Source: an uncultured virus (IMG/VR IMGVR_UViG_3300044631_003060) | Lineage: Duplodnaviria > Heunggongvirae > Uroviricota > Caudoviricetes | Reading direction: 5' to 3' (one strand) | Virus record (IMG/VR): IMGVR_UViG_3300044631_003060 | Length of the DNA stretch: 64,000 nucleotides | Shown: one piece after another, positions 18,984 to 28,354 of the stretch | How the letters are laid out: every line of letters starts with the position of its first letter | How positions within the stretch are numbered: position 1 is the stretch's first letter | Position numbers and translations under genes: made by a program | Notes under the pieces: model-generated | What the model was told of the DNA's origin: nothing | Database searches by the model: none | What the model saw: the letters and a program-made list of their open reading frames with translations, nothing else

Positions 18984-19304
18984 TTATTTTCCGTATAAAA
19001 TTTCTTTTCCCGTACTATCTTTTGCTACATAGTAATTTCCATTACGATATATACGCAAGCCGTAAGTTTGAGCAAGTTCATTGTTTAATGATTGTAGGTT
19101 TCTACTACTCTCTCTATTATCTACCGCCGTCATATAAGCATCAAGCGCTATACGAGCGTTCTCTTTAATATTTAACTCATCGTTGTCGGCGGTTTCGGGT
19201 TTAGGTATAGCGCTTTTAGCTTTGCCTTTTGGCATTGTGATAGATATTACCACTAATGTAACGCCAAGAACAATAAGCGCTTCCTTTAATTGAGTATTTA
19301 TCAT
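18984..19304 (-). CDS. Small membrane-anchored protein
   Basis: N-terminal TM segment. Confidence 0.65.
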   Translation of the reverse strand: MINTQLKEALIVLGVTLVVISITMPKGKAKSAIPKPETADNDELNIKENARIALDAYMTAVDNRESSRNLQSLNNELAQTYGLRIYRNGNYYVAKDSTGKEILYGK

Positions 19305-19309
19305 GCTTT

Positions 19310-19696
19310 TTATCTTTTATTTATCAAATACAAAAAACCACCTAAAGCCGCTAATCCAGTAACACTTATAACTACAACCGCAATAGTTTTACCTATGTTT
19401 TTTTCTTCTTTAGGTTTTCCACCGATTGTTTGTGCTATTAAATTAAGTTTAGCCAACTCCGCTTGTTGTTGGGCACTCTTTTCCGCCAAGCCAAGTTCGG
19501 CATTTAACCTTTGTTGGTTGAGCGAAAAATCCATTTGACGGCGTTTAGAAGCGTCTATAATGTCCACACCGATTTTGCCAAAAGTTTCTATTCCTTTTGA
19601 AATTGGGTCAAAATTAAATCCTTTTCCTGCGCCTGCTGCGGTTTTGGTTGCTCCTGCAACAGCACCGCCACCTATATTTAGATATACTGATTTCAT
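19310..19696 (-). CDS. Membrane protein with C-terminal TM
   Basis: C-terminal hydrophobic helix followed by KR. Confidence 0.65.
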   Translation of the reverse strand: MKSVYLNIGGGAVAGATKTAAGAGKGFNFDPISKGIETFGKIGVDIIDASKRRQMDFSLNQQRLNAELGLAEKSAQQQAELAKLNLIAQTIGGKPKEEKNIGKTIAVVVISVTGLAALGGFLYLINKR

Positions 19697-20067
19697 TTTC
19701 TTATAATTGAATATGTTATTAAACCAATAGCACCCACTCCAAGGGTTGCTATAATTATTGTTTGTGCTTGTTTTTCTTTTTTTATTTTTTCCGCTAATTC
19801 CGCTTCTCGTTGTTGTCTTGTTCGCAATGCCGTTTGTACCGCAAACAACTTTAATGCCTTACTTCTTTTTTCCTCTAAATCGGCTTCGGCGCGAGCAATC
19901 GCTTCGCTTTCGGCTTTTAGTGTTTGTGCATAGTATGTTTGCCTTTCAATGGACTTTTCATGCGCGGCTTTTGAAACCGACACGATTGCCATTGTTATCC
20001 CTATTGCTAATGATATTGGTTCTATGACTTTATCCTCCAAAATATTTATTAGCGAGCCATTCGCCAT
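19693..20067 (-). CDS. Coiled-coil membrane protein
   Basis: Hydrophobic segments at both ends; ends in RK. Confidence 0.6.
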   Translation of the reverse strand: MANGSLINILEDKVIEPISLAIGITMAIVSVSKAAHEKSIERQTYYAQTLKAESEAIARAEADLEEKRSKALKLFAVQTALRTRQQREAELAEKIKKEKQAQTIIIATLGVGAIGLITYSIIRK

Positions 20068-20722
20068 ATACAACATAACTTGGCATTGTCAAATGTAATC
20101 CATCCGTGCTATTTGCCCTTGTAAAACCATCATAAGGCGAAATTACTTTTGCATAACCTTTAAGTTTTTTTGGCATGCTATCAATAAGGGCTATCCACCT
20201 ATTGCGACCTTGTGTTAAACTTGCTTCCGTGCCTATCAACCCGCGAGTATCAAAATTATAACTTACTTTCTTAGGGTCATATCCCGTTACGAAAATTACT
20301 TTTGTTCCTTTGTTTTTTACCTTGTCAATCATGGCTTGCATATTTACAAGCGTAATAGATTGAGCAAGATTACCATACGCATCATTAGCGCCACCCCAAA
20401 CAACAAGATAATCGGGTGCTTTATTGGTTTGTAAAAACGTAGTAAGTTCGCCTAACATCCATGATGTATTAGCGCCGTTCTTTGCTCGTTTATTATATGT
20501 TTTGAAACCCGATTTTCTTACAAGGGCTTCCGCCCAACCACTATTAGGAAAAGTATGGCTATCTCCAAGAAATAAAACACTTTTCCCTTTAGACGGAAAT
20601 TTAGTCGGGAATATGTTTTGCACCAAATTGGGATTGCTCGCAATTACTTTAATAGCAATAACGCCCAACGCCAAAGATGGTATCCATAGATAATCAAATA
20701 TTTTCTTCTTATCTATCGCCAT
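20030..20722 (-). CDS. SGNH/GDSL hydrolase with N-terminal TM (paralog of 5886-6605)
   Basis: GDSHT, GGANDAY and DGLH blocks. Confidence 0.85.
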   Translation of the reverse strand: MAIDKKKIFDYLWIPSLALGVIAIKVIASNPNLVQNIFPTKFPSKGKSVLFLGDSHTFPNSGWAEALVRKSGFKTYNKRAKNGANTSWMLGELTTFLQTNKAPDYLVVWGGANDAYGNLAQSITLVNMQAMIDKVKNKGTKVIFVTGYDPKKVSYNFDTRGLIGTEASLTQGRNRWIALIDSMPKKLKGYAKVISPYDGFTRANSTDGLHLTMPSYVVYGEWLANKYFGG

Positions 20723-20736
20723 CTTGTTCGGGGTTT

Positions 20737-21138
20737 TTATCCCGCGAACAACTCTCCCAATGGGCACGCTCGTACATGCTCTTTTCCGTTATGTAAGGAG
20801 CAACAAATTGTTTTGTGGCGTTCAAACAAAAATGCGGAAAATGTATTTGCGTCGGCGTTGTAAGTGGATATTTGTTTAAGGAGCATTTCGTAAATGTGGG
20901 GCGACAAAATGGCTTCTTTCCCAAAAACGTCGAGTTGCATGTGCATGACATTTTTGAAATTACATTTTGGAACGGCAACCTTCCATTGTTTATAGATAGC
21001 GTATGACAAGCCCTCTTCATCATCTACTTTTATTTGTATTTGTATGTCTTCGCTCTTTACTCCGTGTTGTTTTGCGTGTTTACCTATGGCTTTGATAAAG
21101 TCATTCTTTATCATATCCAAAAATATTTCGTTAAGCAT
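20737..21138 (-). CDS. Hypothetical protein
   Basis: Preceded by a TATATTTG box (21157-21164). Confidence 0.6.
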   Translation of the reverse strand: MLNEIFLDMIKNDFIKAIGKHAKQHGVKSEDIQIQIKVDDEEGLSYAIYKQWKVAVPKCNFKNVMHMQLDVFGKEAILSPHIYEMLLKQISTYNADANTFSAFLFERHKTICCSLHNGKEHVRACPLGELFAG

Positions 21139-21175
21139 TTTGTCGTGTTGTTATGGCAAATATAAGAATTATATG

Positions 21176-21619
21176 TTATTTTTTCATTTTTACAAATTTA
21201 TACCATATTCTTTCATGTAAAAAATATAGTAATGGCTTTACACATAGTTCCGTTGCGCCAAGTGTTGATGCTATTGATATACTTCCCGTGAAAACGTAAG
21301 ATACTATAAACGTGGTGAGAGTTCCCAAAGCGCGGTATGATACTGTTTTTAATACGTGCCTTAGTATTGATTTTGATTTTTGCTCTTTTGCTTTGTTTGT
21401 TGTTATGTAAGCCGTAGCATTAATTATTTGGCAATCACCCCAAAACGAAACATGATATTTCATTCGATTAGATTGCTCGTCCCATACTTTATAAGTGCAT
21501 TTTACACCATCTATAAATACTTGTTTCACCAAGGTTTCTTTGCCCCGATGTATTAATCTCCACCTATCGGTTTCGCCCGTAAAATTAGTATTATATCGTA
21601 TGTGATATATGTTGCTCAT
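21176..21619 (-). CDS. DUF2061-like membrane domain protein
   Basis: RHVLKTVSYRALGTLTT..LYFLHERIW. Confidence 0.7.
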   Translation of the reverse strand: MSNIYHIRYNTNFTGETDRWRLIHRGKETLVKQVFIDGVKCTYKVWDEQSNRMKYHVSFWGDCQIINATAYITTNKAKEQKSKSILRHVLKTVSYRALGTLTTFIVSYVFTGSISIASTLGATELCVKPLLYFLHERIWYKFVKMKK

Positions 21620-22056
21620 AGCTTTCCATTCTTACGCATTTCCTCGCGTATTTTGGTTGCGGATATGTTTCCTATTTCGATGGGCGGAACATGCTCTATA
21701 ATGTCATAACCGACACCCCTACCAAATTCCACACTACATATATCGGGAATGATAATTACCTTAACTCTTCCGTCTATGATTTGTTGGTCATAAAACAACG
21801 ATATGTTTTGTTTTACTATTTCGGCGCTATAAGGATTTTTTTCATCGGGAACTACATCTCTTATGGCTATACATACGTTTTTCCCCGCCTTCAAAGCCCT
21901 ATCAAAAAGAGATGTGTGCCCCTTGTGTAAAGGTTGCCATCTCCCTATAAAAAGTGCAAATTGGGTTTCTTTAGCTTCAAGCGAAGATTTTACATGGGTA
22001 ATTTTGCCCCAACGTGGTTTTTTGTCGCCCACGCTTGTACTATTGTCATTATACAT
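21616..22056 (-). CDS. Cytidylyltransferase-like (HxGH) nucleotidyltransferase
   Basis: FIGRWQPLHKGH..ISATKIR. Confidence 0.8.
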   Translation of the reverse strand: MYNDNSTSVGDKKPRWGKITHVKSSLEAKETQFALFIGRWQPLHKGHTSLFDRALKAGKNVCIAIRDVVPDEKNPYSAEIVKQNISLFYDQQIIDGRVKVIIIPDICSVEFGRGVGYDIIEHVPPIEIGNISATKIREEMRKNGKL

Positions 22057-22460
22057 TGGTCTATTGTTAGTTGTTCTGTGTTCAAATGTAATGCTTCTCT
22101 TTCGGTTGGTATCTCAAAGTCTTCAACATGATAATGTTCTCGCCCTCTTGGACTTGTGTAATGCAAATACACAAACAAGGCGTTTGGTATCATTTCCCGC
22201 AAGTAGTCGCGTGTTTCTTTGTAAGGAAAATTCATAGAATAGACAAGGTTGCTGCATAATCCTGTTGATAAAGCATAATAACCTACATCTACCGCTTTAT
22301 TTAGGTTTTTAATCCTTCCTTCGCGAGAATAATCGGTGTTTTTGAATATTTGCCTAAATTCATCTCCATCAATATTATGAGTATAAAGAAATCTTTTTTC
22401 TAACCCCATCGCAAGGGTGCTTTTGCCCGAATTGGGTTGCCCAAACAATACTATAATCAT
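21990..22460 (-). CDS. cysC: Adenylyl-sulfate (APS) kinase-like protein
   Basis: GQPNSGKST P-loop, IDGDEFR..DYSREGRIKN, FEIP. Confidence 0.7.
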   Translation of the reverse strand: MIIVLFGQPNSGKSTLAMGLEKRFLYTHNIDGDEFRQIFKNTDYSREGRIKNLNKAVDVGYYALSTGLCSNLVYSMNFPYKETRDYLREMIPNALFVYLHYTSPRGREHYHVEDFEIPTEREALHLNTEQLTIDQCIMTIVQAWATKNHVGAKLPM

Positions 22461-23275
22461 TTTTTGTATCCGAAATATTGGTAAAACCATGCGTAGTTGT
22501 TGTAAATCCAATCGCAAACATCTTTGCCTAATACGGCTTTTGCTTGAGATTGCATGGGTTCTAATTTTTGTCTTATTGTATGGTCGCCAAATACACCATA
22601 CACCTCGTCATCTTCTTTAGTAGCTTGTTCTATGTTATCAAAATCATGCTCAAAATACTCAAGTTCAAAAAACTTGTATATTTTAGTCATTTCGGCATCG
22701 GGATACATGCACAAATCTTCATACTTAATAAACAACATGTGCTTATCCGTTCCCAAGCGTATTATTTCGCTCAATCGCTCTAAAGCCATACCAACGGGAA
22801 CTCCGTTAGCCCATAAATCTATTCTTTTGGGTATGGTTGTTCCTTGCATTTTAGACCAATCCACTAACGGGCTTGCTTTTTCGGGGTTCTTACGGAAATT
22901 CTTTTCCATAGAACAAAACACATCCCTCAAATCTCTCACCATGCAAATTATTTTTGGTTTTGCATAAATAGTATTGAGAAAATCGTAGTGAATACCCCAA
23001 CCGCGCGACTTGTCTATAATATATGGCTTGTCTGTTATAGCTTCATAAAAACCTTTCATGCCCTCTTTACAAAAAGCCAAAAAGCCGTTTTTCATAAGTT
23101 CGCCATCCTGTCCTTTAAACTCTGCGCTATTGGTATAATTAGCCCTTGCTGCAAATAATAGTTCAAGCACACCCGAAGTAGGCGTTGCGTATATATCGGG
23201 ATTTTGAGCAAGTATGTTTTGCAACAAGGTGCTTCCTGCTCTTGGCAAGGAAGATTGATAAAATATCTTTTCCAT
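22457..23275 (-). CDS. Sulfotransferase
   Basis: SLPRAGSTLL (PAPS-binding loop), DKSRGW, MVRDLRDVFCS, KYEDL. Confidence 0.85.
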   Translation of the reverse strand: MEKIFYQSSLPRAGSTLLQNILAQNPDIYATPTSGVLELLFAARANYTNSAEFKGQDGELMKNGFLAFCKEGMKGFYEAITDKPYIIDKSRGWGIHYDFLNTIYAKPKIICMVRDLRDVFCSMEKNFRKNPEKASPLVDWSKMQGTTIPKRIDLWANGVPVGMALERLSEIIRLGTDKHMLFIKYEDLCMYPDAEMTKIYKFFELEYFEHDFDNIEQATKEDDEVYGVFGDHTIRQKLEPMQSQAKAVLGKDVCDWIYNNYAWFYQYFGYKK

Positions 23276-23281
23276 AATAAT

Positions 23282-24166
23282 TTAAGCCGTGGGAAGCTCG
23301 CCTCTAATTGCCGATATTATATCTTCTTTATTAAACACTTCACTCTCACTCTTATATGGAAACTCCATCAAGTCGCCTTGAATGTTGAATTTGTGTAGAA
23401 AAGAATTACGAAGTTCGGGTTTAATAGTAAATGAGTTAGAAACAATGTTATTGTGTGCTTCATAACCAAAAACATTTGGTTTATTTGCTATCCAACAAAC
23501 CACCGATGGAAGATTAAAAGACGCTGCAACGTGCTGCGCAAAACTATCAATAAACAACCTTTTTGCACTCAATGATATTAGAACACAAAGTTGCCTAAAT
23601 GTCGCTTGAATTGGTTGGCTATCCCTATATTTGGCTTGGTCTTCCCTTGCTATATTAAGTATGGTATAGTCATTCTTGAACTCGTCAATGATTTCTTGAA
23701 CCAAATCATAAGGTATATCCCTTGCCCAAGAATACTTTAACTCCGAAGGTGCGCCACCATTTGCTTGAATTAAGAAAATAGGCTTTTCGGATATAAACAT
23801 AGAACTAAAATATTTTTGCTCTCTTGAGGTCAAAAAGATTTGTGGCTTTTCACCATTGTAACGCACATTAAACATTTCGCACCAAGTTTTAATTAGATGC
23901 TCGTCTTGTTTTATGTGAGAAGTAGTAAGGTAAGGGTCGTGTGAAAAAACCTCAAAGTCTTTATCCTCTACAAACTCCTCATAAAAGTAGCTTAAACGCC
24001 CAAACTCGTAAGTTCTATAAACATTTGGATTGTTTAAAAAGACATCGGGATAGCCCGATACCACAATAAGGTTAGCTTTTGGGTGTTTTTTTTTGATTGC
24101 TTCGCAAACGGCAGTAGCCATAACGCACTTGCCTATACCACCATTAATAGAAAATATAATGTTCAT
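23282..24166 (-). CDS. GT9-like glycosyltransferase
   Basis: GGIGKCVMATAV..NNPNV..FIDSFAQHVAAS; preceded by a TAACTTTG box (24199-24206). Confidence 0.7.
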   Translation of the reverse strand: MNIIFSINGGIGKCVMATAVCEAIKKKHPKANLIVVSGYPDVFLNNPNVYRTYEFGRLSYFYEEFVEDKDFEVFSHDPYLTTSHIKQDEHLIKTWCEMFNVRYNGEKPQIFLTSREQKYFSSMFISEKPIFLIQANGGAPSELKYSWARDIPYDLVQEIIDEFKNDYTILNIAREDQAKYRDSQPIQATFRQLCVLISLSAKRLFIDSFAQHVAASFNLPSVVCWIANKPNVFGYEAHNNIVSNSFTIKPELRNSFLHKFNIQGDLMEFPYKSESEVFNKEDIISAIRGELPTA

Positions 24167-24250
24167 TGTCCTTAAAATTTGTCGTGTTGTTAGTTAAGCA
24201 AAGTTACACATTTCTGCTATTATGACATAATTAATAATATTCAAATATAA

Positions 24251-26371
24251 TTATGGAACAATTCTTAATGTATTATCCGTAGTACAACGCCAAACAGAAC
24301 CCGAAGGCAATCCCGCAGCCGATGTTGGTATATTTTTGATTGATAAATTATTTACAAAGGTTGTGCATTCTCTATCGGCTGTAATACAACTACCAACTAT
24401 GTGTGAATAATTATTATAGTTTGATAGAGTATTGCATATTCCACCAAGTATTCCCCCATAAATAACATTATTAAAATTATTCAAACCGCCCACTATAAGA
24501 GAATAATCCTTACAAACATTATTTCCTTGACCACCGCCCACAAAGGTGGATACTCCGACTACTTTATTGAAAACACCACCGCCTAAAAAACCATTAAACC
24601 CGCAATTTATATTGTTTTGTCCACCGCCAATAAAACCAAAACAACAAGTAACATCGTTATTCTGGCCGTTGCCAACAAAAGCATATCCACCACTTGCCGT
24701 GTTGTTTACCCCAATGCCTATTATGGATAAAATCCCACTTCCCCTTGTAAATGTCGAGGAAGCAGCGGTATATCCCACAAGTTGCCCGTTTAAACCAACA
24801 CACACGGCACAAGATGTGGTTAGCCCCCCAACATAAGCATTATTTACCGCACAAATATTATTTGCAAAAAACGTACAAGCGGATGTAGTTGTTATTCCAC
24901 AACCTACAACAGATGAATAATCGTGGTTTACGGAATTGTTTTGACCACCTAAAATACTTGAAAAATTATTGTTTGCAACATTATTATTGCCACCACCTAC
25001 TATTGATGCCAAGCCACACGCCCTATTAAAATCGCCACCGAGAACCGATGAACAAGCACCATTCGATTGGTTGAAAGAACCACCCGCAACGACACTCCTT
25101 GTTCCCGAAGCCGTTGAACCATAGCCACCACCTATTGTAGAGTAAGTACCCGATGCGGTGTTTTGTTGCCCACCCGATATTGAAGAGCAATATGCCGAAG
25201 CGGAATTTAAGATACCCCCACCAACACTACTATTATTATTGGCATTATTGCAACAACCCCCCACAATAGTTGCCCCATTTCCACTTGCAAAAGAGCATAT
25301 ACCACCGCCTATGAATGAAAAACTACCAGTAGCATTATGATTAGACCCACCTAAAATACTTGATGCAAAACCCGTGGCGTTGTTATTAGCACCGCCACCA
25401 ACTATTGAGGATGTGCCATTTGCAACATTATTATTGCCACCGCCTACAACCGCAAAGTCCGAACACGCCCTATTAAAATCGCCACCGAGAACCGATGAAC
25501 AAGCACCATTCGACTGGTTGAAAGAACCACCCGCAATGACACTCCTTGTGCTATTTATAGAATTACCATAACCCCCTCCAATAGATGAATAAACCGATGA
25601 CCCCAAAAAACTATTTTCCCTACCCCCACCAATAACATTGTTAAAACCGCAATCTACATTACATTGACCCCCACCAATATATCCAAAAGGGGCTAAATTG
25701 CGATTGCATTGCCCCCCGAAAACACCACCAAAACAAATACCAACACAATTACACGACCCACCACCGATTGTTCCTTTTAATCCATCTACAATATTACACT
25801 CACCGCCAGATATTGTTCCGAAACCATTTCTAACATTATTTATTTTACCCCCGCCTATAAAAGCATCGAAGCAGCAAACAAAATTAATAGAACCGCCACC
25901 GATAAAATTATTAAATCCCGAAACACTATTATTACAACCACCTACTATAACACTACAATTACCTGTATTTGTGTTTGAAGTACCCCCACCTATAAAATTA
26001 AAGCAACCCGATGTAATGTTGTTTGATGTGCCACCCGAAATGACACTTACACAAGCGGTTATTTGATTGCTATATCCACCATTTATATTTGAATATACAC
26101 CACTTGTATCTATATTATTATTACTACCAAAAGAAGTGCTACAATTTGCTTGGGCGGTATTGTTTAAACCACATCGCAGGGTTGAACCTACGCCATTCCC
26201 AGACACAACAATAGACGTGGCGGGTATGTTTATGTATGCGGAAAGTGTTGTTACCGAACCATTTGTATCCTTTAATTTTATTGTGTTGTCATTTATATCA
26301 ACAAAAATTGCGAGTGCGTTACCTACTATCGGTGCAGATACTTGACTAATATTAGTTTTAGTTAATGACAT
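24251..26371 (-). CDS. Gly/Asn/Cys-rich repeat fibre (about 14-aa GGxxN repeats, YadA-head-like)
   Basis: Dozens of (S/F)(I/V)GGGxxNxA repeats; conserved N-terminal anchor and C-terminal cap. Confidence 0.75.
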   Translation of the reverse strand: MSLTKTNISQVSAPIVGNALAIFVDINDNTIKLKDTNGSVTTLSAYINIPATSIVVSGNGVGSTLRCGLNNTAQANCSTSFGSNNNIDTSGVYSNINGGYSNQITACVSVISGGTSNNITSGCFNFIGGGTSNTNTGNCSVIVGGCNNSVSGFNNFIGGGSINFVCCFDAFIGGGKINNVRNGFGTISGGECNIVDGLKGTIGGGSCNCVGICFGGVFGGQCNRNLAPFGYIGGGQCNVDCGFNNVIGGGRENSFLGSSVYSSIGGGYGNSINSTRSVIAGGSFNQSNGACSSVLGGDFNRACSDFAVVGGGNNNVANGTSSIVGGGANNNATGFASSILGGSNHNATGSFSFIGGGICSFASGNGATIVGGCCNNANNNSSVGGGILNSASAYCSSISGGQQNTASGTYSTIGGGYGSTASGTRSVVAGGSFNQSNGACSSVLGGDFNRACGLASIVGGGNNNVANNNFSSILGGQNNSVNHDYSSVVGCGITTTSACTFFANNICAVNNAYVGGLTTSCAVCVGLNGQLVGYTAASSTFTRGSGILSIIGIGVNNTASGGYAFVGNGQNNDVTCCFGFIGGGQNNINCGFNGFLGGGVFNKVVGVSTFVGGGQGNNVCKDYSLIVGGLNNFNNVIYGGILGGICNTLSNYNNYSHIVGSCITADRECTTFVNNLSIKNIPTSAAGLPSGSVWRCTTDNTLRIVP
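25016..25549. repeat. 87-bp direct repeat inside the fibre gene (25016-25102 and 25463-25549)
   Basis: Two copies with 2 mismatches, 447 bp apart (in frame). Confidence 0.85.
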
Positions 26372-26392
26372 TAATTATATGTTAATTTTGAA

Positions 26393-26701
26393 TTATGCAC
26401 TCAACTCATTTACAAAATCATTAAGTTTCTTTGCGGTTATATCTTTTATCTCTACACGGAAAGGTTTGTGCTTGGTATCGTTATTATTTTTAGGAATATA
26501 CACAACGAATAAATCATTGAATATATTGATAGCGTGATACTCCTTTGTAGAAGTATTATCACTTGGTTTCTTTGAATATATTTCATCTATCAAGGCTTGT
26601 GCCTTTGTTAGTTCGCTTACTTTTTTAGTTTTGTTTGCATCTTTACCTATAATTTGAGCATCGCCATAACCAAAAATGTGTATAGTGTTAAAAGTTGCCA
26701 T
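26393..26701 (-). CDS. Hypothetical protein
   Basis: Preceded by a TATATTTG box (26722-26729) and an A-rich leader. Confidence 0.65.
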   Translation of the reverse strand: MATFNTIHIFGYGDAQIIGKDANKTKKVSELTKAQALIDEIYSKKPSDNTSTKEYHAINIFNDLFVVYIPKNNNDTKHKPFRVEIKDITAKKLNDFVNELSA

Positions 26702-26740
26702 TTTTTTATTTATTTATTTTTCAAATATAACATTTTTAAT

Positions 26741-27805
26741 TTATGGTATGATTTCTAAAACTGTTCCATTTGCCCATACCGAGCCTTGTGGCAAACCCGC
26801 TGCTGCAGTTGGTATATTCATAATAGATAGGTTGTTTACAAATGTTGTGCAAGTGCGATTAGCTGTTATGTTTGAACCGACTATCATTGCTTCGGAAGTT
26901 CCTGCAATATTTTGGTTGCCACCTAAAATTGCCGATTTATAGCCACTTGCTGTATTCCCACTACCACCACCAACAAAAGAACTATATCCCGAAACTGTAT
27001 TACCATAACCACCCATAAGCGATGAATAAATACCCGATGCCGAATTTATTATACCGCCCGAAATAGATGTGCCATAAGCACTTAAATTATTGCAGTTTCC
27101 ACCACCAATAGAGCCATAGAGAGCAAAACAGGAAGTTGCGTTTACAGCCCCACCACCAATAAAAGAATAATTACCGCTTGTTGTATTGCAACACCCACTT
27201 CCCGTGAAAGCACTAATACCGCTTGATGTATTACATAAACCCGTACCAATGAACGAATAAGCACCTATGGCACAATTATAATATCCGTTCACTACCGAAC
27301 TATAACAACCGCTTGTGGTGAGCAAATTACCACTTCCAACAAAACTACTCAAACCACTCGCAGTAATTTGGGCTGCCGCACCTACAAACGAATAATCACC
27401 GCTTATATTTACACTTAAACCCGAACCAATGAAAGACCTCGCACTACTTATAGTGTTGTCTTGACCATTTCCTATTGTTGAGCATCTTTGGGTTATTTGG
27501 TTTTGAAAACCGCCCAAAATGGATGAATAACAAGCATTTGTATCTATGTTGTTATTACTTCCCAAAGCGGTGCTACAAGGTGCAAGGGCTGCGTTATTCA
27601 CGCCACATCTTATTGATGAACCCGCACCCGTACCCTCTACAATAATTCCACCACCGCCACCGCCTGTATATGCCGATAATGTAGCAACATTACCCGCTTG
27701 GTCTTTTAATTTCAGTTGCCCATCGTTTATATCAACGAATGTCGCCAAGACGTTCCCAATCTGCGGTGGGAAAACATCATTTTTACCGCTTTTCTTTAGT
27801 GTCAT
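26741..27805 (-). CDS. Shorter Gly-rich repeat fibre, paralog of 24251-26371
   Basis: Shared FVDIND..KLKD..G.V.TLSAY N-terminus and TTFVNNLSI.NIPT.AAGLP.GSVW C-terminus. Confidence 0.75.
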   Translation of the reverse strand: MTLKKSGKNDVFPPQIGNVLATFVDINDGQLKLKDQAGNVATLSAYTGGGGGGIIVEGTGAGSSIRCGVNNAALAPCSTALGSNNNIDTNACYSSILGGFQNQITQRCSTIGNGQDNTISSARSFIGSGLSVNISGDYSFVGAAAQITASGLSSFVGSGNLLTTSGCYSSVVNGYYNCAIGAYSFIGTGLCNTSSGISAFTGSGCCNTTSGNYSFIGGGAVNATSCFALYGSIGGGNCNNLSAYGTSISGGIINSASGIYSSLMGGYGNTVSGYSSFVGGGSGNTASGYKSAILGGNQNIAGTSEAMIVGSNITANRTCTTFVNNLSIMNIPTAAAGLPQGSVWANGTVLEIIP

Positions 27806-27809
27806 TTAG

Positions 27810-28001
27810 TTATTCATTTGTTTCCTTTCCCTCTACTTTTGCTTCTTCTACTTTTTCGCTTGGGTGTATAACCCTTAATGTGTTGATTGCAAAAGCAATA
27901 TTAACCGCATCTTGAATTGTAAATACACCGCTTTTGTTAGCAAATTCTAAAGCCGAAACAAGCATATCAAGGGCTTGGCTTGGTGTCATCGTGTTGTCCA
28001 T
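27810..28001 (-). CDS. Hypothetical protein
   Basis: Small operon-packed ORF. Confidence 0.55.
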   Translation of the reverse strand: MDNTMTPSQALDMLVSALEFANKSGVFTIQDAVNIAFAINTLRVIHPSEKVEEAKVEGKETNE

Positions 28002-28006
28002 ATATT

Positions 28007-28318
28007 TTATGCTTCTAAAGTTACGATTTCGCAAGTGTCAGCACCAGTTACTTCTTCAATAGCGGTGATGCACTTGTTGTGAATTAAAGTAGCCAAATCA
28101 TTACCCCAAAACTCGGTAGCCGTAAGTTCGGCATTTACCAAAGAAGGCAAGTTTGGTACGTTTACGGGTGAGCCACCCGCTTCAAATGTCGCTTGGTCTT
28201 TATAGTAAGTAATCAAAGCCCTTGAAAAAGGCTGATATAATTGAATGTCAAGAAAGCCAAAAGGTTTTACTATGAAACCATCCGAAGTGGTTACGTTGGT
28301 TGTTATTTGAAGTGCCAT
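28007..28318 (-). CDS. Hypothetical protein, possibly fibre-associated
   Basis: Preceded by a TATATTTG box (28344-28351). Confidence 0.6.
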   Translation of the reverse strand: MALQITTNVTTSDGFIVKPFGFLDIQLYQPFSRALITYYKDQATFEAGGSPVNVPNLPSLVNAELTATEFWGNDLATLIHNKCITAIEEVTGADTCEIVTLEA

Positions 28319-28354
28319 TTTATTTAGTTTTTTATTATTGTTTCAAATATAAGG

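Noticed and set aside
25016..25549. 87-bp repeat pair in a fibre gene as a possible DGR template/variable repeat
   Set aside because: Both copies are in frame within one gene, the two differences have the adenine in opposite copies, and no reverse transcriptase is present in the window. It looks like ordinary repeat expansion.
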